Program-made: the position numbers and the translations under genes | Source: Candidatus Saccharibacteria bacterium oral taxon 488 | Lineage (GTDB): Bacteria > Patescibacteriota > Saccharimonadia > Saccharimonadales > Saccharimonadaceae | DNA: 32,000 nucleotides | Direction: 5' to 3' | Assembly: GCA_010202845.1 (NCBI GenBank) | Contig: CP047921.1 | Span: 510,001-542,000 of the forward strand | In this document: positions 1 to 6,410 of the stretch, one piece after another | How positions within the stretch are numbered: the first letter of the stretch is position 1 | Layout of the letters: every line of letters starts with the position of its first letter | Notes under the pieces: model-generated | Told to the model about the DNA's origin: nothing | Databases searched by the model: none | Seen by the model: only the letters and a program-made list of their open reading frames with translations

Positions 1-47
1 TACCCTGCTAGGCCCTGGCGTCAAACCCTGAACCTTAGCTCGTCGAC

Positions 48-76
48 TTGCGCCGCTTTATCATCCATAGTATAAT
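48..76 (+). promoter_or_regulatory. Candidate sigma70-type promoter for tRNA-Gln (TTGCGC - 17 nt - TATAAT)
   Basis: ttgcgc lies at 48-53 and tataat at 71-76 with a 17-nt spacer. The -10 ends 11 nt before the mature tRNA 5' end at 88. Confidence 0.4.
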
Positions 77-87
77 CAGACACGCGT

Positions 88-162
88 TGGGGATTCGCCA
101 AGTGGTAAGGCACCGGGTTCTGGTCCCGGCATTCGGGGGTTCGAATCCCTCATCCCCAGCCA
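88..162 (+). tRNA. tRNA-Gln (anticodon CUG), CCA encoded
   Basis: A 75-nt cloverleaf was folded by hand. The acceptor stem is 88-94/152-158, with the U1-A72, G2-C71, G3-C70 pairs typical of bacterial tRNA-Gln. The anticodon stem is 113-117/125-129 with loop TTCTGGT and anticodon CTG at 120-122. The T arm is GGGGG-TTCGAAT-CCCTC. The discriminator is G159 and CCA is at 160-162. Confidence 0.9.
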
Positions 163-164
163 AG

Positions 165-195
165 AAAAAGGATTGACGTTTTGTCAATCTTTTTT
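165..195. terminator. Bidirectional intrinsic terminator shared by convergent tRNA-Gln and the 184..687 gene
   Basis: The structure is an A-run (165-169), stem GATTGAC (171-177), loop GTTTT, stem GTCAATC (183-189) and a T-run (190-195). It reads as hairpin plus U-tract on both strands. The right arm contains the TGA stop of the minus-strand ORF. Confidence 0.7.
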
Positions 196-687
196 CTTGC
201 GCTTTGGTTTGGTATGAACCTGATGGTCAGTTGATGTTTCTTGAGATTTTACCGTGGTTGTCGCGCCACCCTGGCCGAAACCGCTTGCCCATATCGCCAA
301 AATCCACACGCCGGCCAGGAACAGGAGCGACCAGCTACCGCCCGGTAGGTCAAACGTCGCCCCAAATATCATTGATACTCCGTGACAGAATGCCATGCTT
401 TCTAGCAGCGTCAACAGCAGTAGCGCCACGATGCCCATCATAGCACTTACCTTTCTCAGCCTAGCCGATATATCCATGGCCAGCAGGAACGGCAACGCCC
501 CAATCTCTGCGACAACGAGAACGATGGCGCACACTGCCGCCATCACGCTCGGCAATCCAGCGAGCATTGCTGGAAACTTATCAAACGAAAATAGCTGGCT
601 CAAGACGATGACGAGAATATATCCGGCAACGATTAACCGTACAATGTGTACGACTGATATTGGTCGTTGGGTTGATGTTTTCTTCAT
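184..687 (-). CDS. Small integral membrane protein with 4 predicted TM helices, tentatively DoxX/MauE-like
   Basis: The 167-aa ORF has four hydrophobic segments (ISVVHIVRLIVAGYILVIVL, VMAAVCAIVLVVAEIGALPFLL, VSAMMGIVALLLLTLL, WSLLFLAGVWILAIWASGF) and a basic tail KPKRKKKD. The family call rests on topology and size only. Confidence 0.7.
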   Translation of the reverse strand: MKKTSTQRPISVVHIVRLIVAGYILVIVLSQLFSFDKFPAMLAGLPSVMAAVCAIVLVVAEIGALPFLLAMDISARLRKVSAMMGIVALLLLTLLESMAFCHGVSMIFGATFDLPGGSWSLLFLAGVWILAIWASGFGQGGATTTVKSQETSTDHQVHTKPKRKKKD

Positions 688-693
688 AGATAC

Positions 694-722
694 AGTATAC
701 CGACCCGCCTTAAAAAGCTCAA
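694..722 (-). promoter_or_regulatory. Candidate promoter TTGAGC - 17 nt - TATACT, with the -10 only 6 nt from the ATG at 687 (leaderless-type)
   Basis: The reverse complement of 717-722 is TTGAGC and of 694-699 is TATACT. No SD lies between the -10 and the start codon. Confidence 0.4.
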
Positions 723-834
723 GCTTGTTGTATTATTTACCAAAGCGCTTGCTTTTTTTATTAAAAACACGTACAGTAACAACAAGCGAACGATACAAAA
801 ACAAACACTACTGACGTTTCTTTCGCTCTACGAT

Positions 835-890
835 ATCCACCACAACAAAATACCGTTACGAGTATGTAGCGGTATTTTCCGTTGTTGGAT
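835..890. repeat. 56-nt imperfect palindrome / long hairpin in the divergent intergenic region
   Basis: The left arm ATCCAccACAACAAAATACCGTTAC (835-859) pairs with the right arm GTAGCGGTATTTTccGTTGTTGGAT (866-890) across the loop GAGTAT. Pairing is 13 + 5 + 5 bp (23 pairs counted by hand, including one G-T), with two 2-nt bulges. Confidence 0.75.
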
Positions 891-900
891 AAATCACAAC

Positions 901-928
901 GCTATATATAGCGTATACGTGCTATAGT
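901..928 (+). promoter_or_regulatory. Extended -10 promoter (TGcTATAGT, 920-928) for the ParB-like gene, preceded by palindromes GCTATATATAGC (901-912) and CGTATACG (912-919)
   Basis: The TGn-TATAGT element ends 6 nt before the ATG at 935 and there is no SD, so the mRNA is probably leaderless. The two perfect palindromes directly abut the -10 and are candidate operators. Confidence 0.45.
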
Positions 929-934
929 AACAAT

Positions 935-2059
935 ATGAAAGAATATTGTGAGTCGAGAGGGTTTGTTGAGTTTGGTCCAAAAAATACCGCACCTGTACCA
1001 TTACTTGCCATTAACGAAATTGAGCAGATTCGTAAAACATATGATCCAGGGGCAATCACTGAACTAGCGACTTCAATCGTTCACGAGGAGGACGGTAATA
1101 CTTGGTTCGATATGTACAATCCTCTCCTAGCCGCCTGCCTCACACCAGAGGAGGCGGAGCAATACCTCAAGGAACACGCTGCGTTTCATAAAGGATCTCA
1201 ATCAATTGATAGTCTTACGCCAGACCATGACGGTAACTACGTCATCCTGATCTCTGGGCATCGTCGTAAACGCGCTATCGAACAGCTAATCAGCCAACAT
1301 GGCATTACGCCGGAATGCGTTCGCGTGAATGTCAATCTTCGCCGTGGCATTACCTTTGAGGAAGCACTCGTTGCCCAAGTGCGCGAGAATACACACGAGA
1401 AAGTGTCGCCTACTGAAACCGCCAAATATATCGAGCAACTACACGCCTATCTCGAGAATAAAGAAGGGGCACAGCCGACCTACAGGCGACTGTCTATGAT
1501 GACCGGGATTAGTGAAGGCATTATTAGTACTGCGCTACGATTTCAGCGCCTACCGGAAAGCATCCGACTACTTGCCACCACTCATGGCGATATCCTCCCC
1601 TACTCAACCCTTGTAAGACTCGAGCCACTAATGCGCAAACGAGGCGAGCTGTATAAGAAGTTACTCTCGCTCGGGCAAACCATGAACGGGGAAGACTGTG
1701 AGACCTATGTCGAGAATCACCTTCATATCGTGGCGAATACCATTGTTGAAGGCCTCCTTGGCGCCAAGAAGCGCAATCACTATATTCGGCAGCAGATTAG
1801 CGACCTAGAACTACGAATTATCAATGCCCAGCCCAGCTTTGACCTTATAGCAGAAACCAGCTCTGGAGCTCAGCGAAAGGCATCAGAGACCCGCCTCGGT
1901 AAGACAGCCGTATCGGCCATGCGGCATGCCTGTCGAGACGATCCAAGAAATATGCCACCCGAACAGCTAGCTGACCTCGAGGAGTTCGTCGCAAAAGCCA
2001 AGGCATTAGCAGCCCCTGCTGTCAATGACTATGAACAAGAGTCGCTGCTATCCATCTAA
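935..2059 (+). CDS. Orphan ParB/Srx N-terminal-domain protein with HTH (ParB-like, divergent)
   Basis: The 374-aa ORF contains YVILISGHRRKRAIEQL (ParB box II, GxRRxRA). AQVRENTHEKVSPTETAKYIEQL is box III-like but lacks the ENxxR arginine. TYRRLSMMTGISEGIISTALRFQRLPESI is HTH-like. No parA is adjacent. The C-terminal ~150 aa is not recognised. Confidence 0.8.
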   Translation: MKEYCESRGFVEFGPKNTAPVPLLAINEIEQIRKTYDPGAITELATSIVHEEDGNTWFDMYNPLLAACLTPEEAEQYLKEHAAFHKGSQSIDSLTPDHDGNYVILISGHRRKRAIEQLISQHGITPECVRVNVNLRRGITFEEALVAQVRENTHEKVSPTETAKYIEQLHAYLENKEGAQPTYRRLSMMTGISEGIISTALRFQRLPESIRLLATTHGDILPYSTLVRLEPLMRKRGELYKKLLSLGQTMNGEDCETYVENHLHIVANTIVEGLLGAKKRNHYIRQQISDLELRIINAQPSFDLIAETSSGAQRKASETRLGKTAVSAMRHACRDDPRNMPPEQLADLEEFVAKAKALAAPAVNDYEQESLLSI

Positions 2060-2724
2060 TCAACGGCTGCTTTTTGCGACTGCTGTTTGCGCCACTCGGC
2101 GATTTTGCCGTGATGCCCACTCAGTAAGACTGCCGGTACTCGCAAGTCATTAAATACCTCTGGCCGAGTGTACTGCGGGTACTCAAGTGTCTCGCCGTCT
2201 GAGAAGCTCTCAATCTCCGCTGACATTGCACCGCCCAGCACACCTGGCAGCAGCCGCACGATCGAGTCAATGATGGTCATTGCCGGCAGCTCACCACCAG
2301 TCAGCACAAAATCACCGATGCTCCACTGCTCATCAACGAATTCCATAATGCGCTCGTCAACGCCCTCGTATCGCCCGCAGATAATGATAAGCCCCCGGCC
2401 ATCATCCGCCGCCACACGCGCCATCGCCTGTCGCCAGCGTCGACCGCGCGGGCTCATCAAGACAACCTTTGCGCTCTCATCTCGCGACCTGGCAAATTCC
2501 ACCGCCCGCCACAACGGCTTGATCATCAGTAGCATCCCATCGCCACCGCCATATGGCGTATCATCCACCTGGCGGCGCGGGCCCAGACCGAACTCACGCA
2601 AGTTCACCGTCTCGAGCGAAACGATACCATCCTTTTGCGCCTTCCACATCATTGAATTTCCAAAGACTTCAGAAAACATCTCGGGGAACAGGGTAATAAC
2701 TTGAAATTTTCGCATATCCTTCAT
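2056..2724 (-). CDS. trmD: tRNA (guanine37-N1)-methyltransferase TrmD
   Basis: The 222-aa ORF carries ITLFPEMF, GRYEGVDERI and SIGDFVLTGGELPAM motifs typical of TrmD. Confidence 0.95.
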   Translation of the reverse strand: MKDMRKFQVITLFPEMFSEVFGNSMMWKAQKDGIVSLETVNLREFGLGPRRQVDDTPYGGGDGMLLMIKPLWRAVEFARSRDESAKVVLMSPRGRRWRQAMARVAADDGRGLIIICGRYEGVDERIMEFVDEQWSIGDFVLTGGELPAMTIIDSIVRLLPGVLGGAMSAEIESFSDGETLEYPQYTRPEVFNDLRVPAVLLSGHHGKIAEWRKQQSQKAAVD

Positions 2725-2750
2725 TATACCGCGCCCACATAAAAACCACC

Positions 2751-2781
2751 AAAAAACCGCCCTTTAGCTAGGCGGTTTTTT
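2751..2781. terminator. Bidirectional intrinsic terminator between the KH-protein gene and trmD
   Basis: AAAAAACCGCC (2751-2761), a 9-nt loop and GGCGGTTTTTT (2771-2781) form a GC core flanked by A- and T-runs. On the minus strand it follows the KH gene. Confidence 0.65.
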
Positions 2782-2863
2782 AGCACAAATAAGGCTCTCA
2801 ATGGTTACCCATTGCTCGCATAGAGCTGTTCTCGCATATCGTCTGTGCTTGAACTAGTTATGA

Positions 2864-3256
2864 TTATATATCAAGATCATCTAGTTCTGCAAGCTCTTTT
2901 CGAGCATTTTCTGCATAAGAAGAGTTATTTTCCACAATTTCATCTGTTGAGTTGTCCACAGAATCATCATCTGAAGCGGCAGTCGTAGTTTGTTTAGCAC
3001 TCGTAAAGCCGTCGTTATTGACAATTTTCAGGTTGTAGCGCGCATCATTTTTCGTCCCCAACGCCCTGAGCAGCGTCCGCAGACTTTGGGCTGTACCGCC
3101 ACGCTTACCGATAACCCGACCGAGATCCTCTGGGTTGACCGTCAGTGTGAGCAACACTCCTTTTTCGTCAATCAAACGCTCGACGACGACATCTTCTGGA
3201 TGTCCAACCAGCGCCTTTACTACGTATTCTACAAATTGCTGATCTATCGTTGACAT
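2864..3256 (-). CDS. KH-domain RNA-binding protein (YlqC/UPF0109-like) with an acidic ~50-aa C-terminal extension
   Basis: The 130-aa ORF has KALVGHPEDVVVERLIDEKGVLLTLTVNPEDLGRVIGKRGGTAQSLRTLL, including the GXXG KH loop. A strong SD (AAGGAGGGG) lies upstream. The tail is SDDDSVDNSTDEIVENN...LAELDDLDI. Confidence 0.9.
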   Translation of the reverse strand: MSTIDQQFVEYVVKALVGHPEDVVVERLIDEKGVLLTLTVNPEDLGRVIGKRGGTAQSLRTLLRALGTKNDARYNLKIVNNDGFTSAKQTTTAASDDDSVDNSTDEIVENNSSYAENARKELAELDDLDI

Positions 3257-3287
3257 ACTGCCCCTCCTTGGAATTAACTGTACTCCT

Positions 3288-3317
3288 AGTATAGCATAGG
3301 CAATTTGCCGAGGGCAA
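3288..3317 (-). promoter_or_regulatory. Candidate promoter TTGCCC - 18 nt - TGcTATACT for the KH gene
   Basis: The reverse complement of 3312-3317 is TTGCCC and of 3288-3296 is TGCTATACT. A ~30-nt leader with an AAGGAGG SD follows. Confidence 0.45.
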
Positions 3318-4406
3318 CTATGGCAATTGGCACTTTTTGGCGCAGTGGGCGGTAATGTTCGCTTTGTGCTCAGCCTCAGTCTTGGCGAAATAAGTTACGT
3401 TATCGTCGCCGCTCAAGAAATAAAGGTAATCCTCCTGAGCCGGATCGGCCACAGCATTCAGTGCCGCGAGACCAGGCGAAGCAATTGGCCCAGGCGGCAG
3501 CCCCTTGTGAATGCGCGTATTGTACGGTGAATTGAGCGTATGCGAGCGAGCCACACCAGCCTTGTCGGCGGCATAATGATACGTCACGTCTGACCCGAGC
3601 GGCATATCCTTTTTGAGACGGTTATAAAACACACTGGCGATCCGCCGCATGTCCTCGCAGGTCGTTTTACCTGGACAGCCAATCGACTCACGCTGGATAA
3701 TTGAAGCCAGTGTTAGCCCCTGATACAGCGACAGTCCTCGAGCCGCAAATTTCTTCTCGAGATTATTCTCAGTCACCACCCGGTCTAGCTCACTGATGGC
3801 CCGCTGCAAGGCTTGCTGGGCGGTCGCGTCTGACGGCAAAAAATACGTATCACCATAGATATAGCCCTCAAGATCGGCGGTCGCTGGCTTACTTTTTAGC
3901 ACCGCACCGGTATAAGTGGCAGCAAAGGCGGCTGTAATTTGCTCATCATTGTAGCCAGCCCGCTTGAGAGCGCTGGCAACATCGGTCTTTTGAGTAGCGG
4001 GAGTCGAGGTCTTGTCGCGCAGTGTTGCCCCCGGATAAAATAGTACCGAACGCCGATCCGGTTTGCCACCGAGTAAATGCTTAAGCACCGACGCCACATC
4101 TTGATCTTGTGTAAAGCTATACACGCCTTTATTGAACGTGCCGGTAACGTTATTTAACTTGAGGTAAATCGTCATAGCAAAGGCACTACGAATAATTTTT
4201 TTATCTTCAAGTTTTTTGGCGATAACCTGCGCTGTGTCGCCACTGGCGATTTCGACACTGATTTTTTGCCGCGCCCCGGCATCGACCGGACGAAGCATTT
4301 GTTTGTACCAAATGACGCCGCTAAGCAGCACCACACCCGCCACCGCGACAACTGCCGATACGATAATGAGCCACAACCGCCGTTTTTTAATCTTCAACTT
4401 CTTCAT
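3318..4406 (-). CDS. mltG: Endolytic murein transglycosylase MltG (YceG-like)
   Basis: The 362-aa ORF has an N-terminal TM (LWLIIVSAVVAVAGVVLLSGVIW), LASIIQRES and YNTRIHKGLPPGPIASPG motifs. Its start overlaps the ruvX stop in an ATGA arrangement. Confidence 0.9.
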   Translation of the reverse strand: MKKLKIKKRRLWLIIVSAVVAVAGVVLLSGVIWYKQMLRPVDAGARQKISVEIASGDTAQVIAKKLEDKKIIRSAFAMTIYLKLNNVTGTFNKGVYSFTQDQDVASVLKHLLGGKPDRRSVLFYPGATLRDKTSTPATQKTDVASALKRAGYNDEQITAAFAATYTGAVLKSKPATADLEGYIYGDTYFLPSDATAQQALQRAISELDRVVTENNLEKKFAARGLSLYQGLTLASIIQRESIGCPGKTTCEDMRRIASVFYNRLKKDMPLGSDVTYHYAADKAGVARSHTLNSPYNTRIHKGLPPGPIASPGLAALNAVADPAQEDYLYFLSGDDNVTYFAKTEAEHKANITAHCAKKCQLP

Positions 4407-4807
4407 CCGTGCACCTCCAAATAATCTTGTAGTATAATACTCGCCGCCTCAGCGTCAATCTCACCCTTATCTTTGATCTTACCAGCCAGGCGCTGTTCGG
4501 CCTGAACGCTGGTTAGCGACTCATCCTGATAAGCGATCTCGGCATCAATGTCCAGCTGACCCAGCCGCCTGACAAAATCGACCACGAACTCTGTTTGTTG
4601 TGTTGGCTCGCCGGACTGATTGCGCGGATAGCCGACCACTACCAGCGAGATATCGTGCCGCAGCATAATCTCTGCCAGTTCCTCCATGACCCGCTCGTCA
4701 CTAGCCACCCAGCCAAACGGTACCGCAATCCGCACCTGTGAATCGGCCATCGCCAGACCGATCCGCTTCTCGCCCACATCTAGCGCTAGAAAGTTTTTAG
4801 CTTTCAT
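4403..4807 (-). CDS. ruvX: YqgF/RuvX putative pre-16S rRNA nuclease / Holliday-junction resolvase-like protein
   Basis: The 134-aa ORF contains LALDVGEKRIGLAMAD and VVVGYPRNQSGEPT. Its start overlaps the upstream ORF by 11 nt. Confidence 0.9.
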   Translation of the reverse strand: MKAKNFLALDVGEKRIGLAMADSQVRIAVPFGWVASDERVMEELAEIMLRHDISLVVVGYPRNQSGEPTQQTEFVVDFVRRLGQLDIDAEIAYQDESLTSVQAEQRLAGKIKDKGEIDAEAASIILQDYLEVHG

Positions 4808-6410
4808 TGAGCTTGAATTCGATGCTTATTCGTTTGGTATCATTTGGTACGGTGCGCACCCAGAACGGAGAGAATTTCACATCAACATTTTCGATACCCT
4901 TGATGGCTTCAAGCGCTGACTGGATGTCGCCATAACTTTTACCGCGCGACTGCTCCTTGACCTTTTCCTCATCAATGGTTGGGCCGACGACAGCATTGGC
5001 GGTGATGTGAGCGATGAAGTTGCTGCCCTGGCCGCTGAACTGCGCAAACTGCGCGCTATCAACACCATCTTTATAGATTTTTTGTGACTGCTTGCCCTCT
5101 AGTTCCTTGTTGGCGGTCGCCTTGAGGTAGGTGCTTAACTCTGATTTTTCGATACCGACCATTGAGGCAGTCACCACCGTTTTGAGCGTCACCGCGCCGG
5201 TCGCTTCACTGTCAACGGCGACACTTGGAGTCGGCGTACTGCGCTGCTCCTGGTAGCTTTCTTTGATAGTAACTGTTGAACCGCCGAATGATTGCTCGAC
5301 CTTGCCACGAAGAGAGTCAGCTTTCTTTTCGTTCAATAAATCACCGGCACGCTTAACATCGTCGCTGCTAACCACCGTCACCTCGCGACTACTACCGCCC
5401 GAAGTCTCGCCAACGAGTGTCGCATTAACTCCTGATGGCATCCCTGAAACCGAGCCACTCTCACCGTTATATTCCGCCCCGATATTGGCAGCCGTCACCA
5501 TGACGGTTGAACCCGAAGCGTTAGAGCGGCTAAACGTCACCGCGCTATCAGTCGTAAAGGTCATCCCACCGCTCGTACGAATCGAGGTGCCAGCCGGAAC
5601 GGTCTTGTCCAGCAGGCTGATCGAGTCGGTCGCGATACGCAACTTACCCTTGGCTCGCTCACCAACTTTCTTCTTGCCAGTTGCCGAGAACTCAACGGAT
5701 AACTCTGCTTTTTGCTCCTGCCGGCGCGCCTTGATCACGTCAGCAGCCGGATCAGTCGTCCCGTCAGTCCTGAGTGTCACTTTCTTATTTACCGTCACCG
5801 TTGTCGTCTTGGCCGTGATAATCACTCGCGCATGCGGTGCGAACCAAATCGCCCATACCAAAAACCCAATGAGTAGCAGCGCGGCGCCGCCGATCAGCAG
5901 AAACTTTTTACGAAATAGATTAAAGTTCGGGACTTTTGGTGCTGTCTTGTTCTTGTTAGCGTTATCCGCCGGCTTTGGAGCCTCGTCGTCCTGTTTTCTG
6001 GATGAATCAGCGATGGCCGAATCAATCGCTTTATCCGTTTCATCAACAGGTTGCGCGCTCTTTTCTAGCTCGCCAACCGGTAGCTCGCGCCCATCAATAA
6101 CGTCATTTTCGTCGTCCACCTTTAGCACCGGCACCTCGGCCATTTCTGGCTTGCTCTGGAGTGTCTTGGCCACCGGAATCTTGGCCGCCGCCGCTAGGCC
6201 AGACAGAATCGTATCACCGGTGATCAACACCACCCGCTTATCAACCGACGTAGCCGTCCGAGCGATCAGCCGCATATTGACCGCGCTACGCAGCACACCA
6301 ACTCGCTTGGGCGGCACCAGCGCGATAATCCGTTCCTTCGACGCCTTTATCTTGCCAACAATGGCAGTGATATCATCTTCGACGTCAATGTAAATAACAT
6401 CTTTATTCAT
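4797..6410 (-). CDS. Hypothetical bitopic membrane protein: ~95-aa cytoplasmic N-domain, acidic linker, one TM, ~340-aa S/T/G/V-rich (probably beta-rich) ectodomain
   Basis: The 537-aa ORF has a TM segment FLLIGGAALLLIGFLVWAIWF preceded by FRKK. Its ATG directly abuts the TAG of the ftsA-like gene (catcta at 6408-6413). I could not assign a family. Confidence 0.85.
   Translation of the reverse strand: MNKDVIYIDVEDDITAIVGKIKASKERIIALVPPKRVGVLRSAVNMRLIARTATSVDKRVVLITGDTILSGLAAAAKIPVAKTLQSKPEMAEVPVLKVDDENDVIDGRELPVGELEKSAQPVDETDKAIDSAIADSSRKQDDEAPKPADNANKNKTAPKVPNFNLFRKKFLLIGGAALLLIGFLVWAIWFAPHARVIITAKTTTVTVNKKVTLRTDGTTDPAADVIKARRQEQKAELSVEFSATGKKKVGERAKGKLRIATDSISLLDKTVPAGTSIRTSGGMTFTTDSAVTFSRSNASGSTVMVTAANIGAEYNGESGSVSGMPSGVNATLVGETSGGSSREVTVVSSDDVKRAGDLLNEKKADSLRGKVEQSFGGSTVTIKESYQEQRSTPTPSVAVDSEATGAVTLKTVVTASMVGIEKSELSTYLKATANKELEGKQSQKIYKDGVDSAQFAQFSGQGSNFIAHITANAVVGPTIDEEKVKEQSRGKSYGDIQSALEAIKGIENVDVKFSPFWVRTVPNDTKRISIEFKLNES

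Noticed and set aside
690-934. The AT-rich 245-nt intergenic region next to the ParB-like gene might be a replication origin, since the palindrome arms ATATCCACC and TTATCCAAC resemble DnaA boxes.
   Set aside because: These match the TTATCCACA consensus at only 7 of 9 positions. No dnaA or dnaN is nearby. Gene orientation does not switch across the region: genes on both sides are on the minus strand.
88-2059. tRNA-Gln might be an integration site, with the membrane protein and ParB-like gene as cargo of a mobile element.
   Set aside because: I saw no integrase, recombinase or transposase in the window, and no second copy of the tRNA 3' end that could serve as an att repeat.
2168-2704. Long antisense ORFs lie opposite conserved genes: 2168..2704, 6519..7058, 7101..7667, 18608..19210, 28768..29100 and 30127..30657, among others.
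   Set aside because: Each overlaps a confidently identified housekeeping gene (trmD, ftsA-like, metG, pgk, pyk) on the other strand. Their translations carry no motifs I recognise.
2799-2887. Two small hairpins might be regulatory RNAs: CAATGG-TTAC-CCATTG at 2799-2816, and the GAACTAG…CTAGTTC inverted repeat at 2851-2887, which spans the KH-gene stop.
   Set aside because: The stems are short or bulged, have no adjoining U-tract and are not repeated elsewhere. They could stabilise the mRNA 3' end, but the evidence is too weak to call.
5263-6393. A 376-aa plus-strand ORF lies opposite the 537-aa gene. A similar 319-aa ORF lies at 26026..26985, opposite the 710-aa gene.
   Set aside because: Both are antisense shadows of compositionally biased genes. 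Their translations are S/T/A/P- or G/V/A/D-rich low complexity. Neither has a promoter or SD context, and the sense-strand genes have operon coupling and recognisable features.
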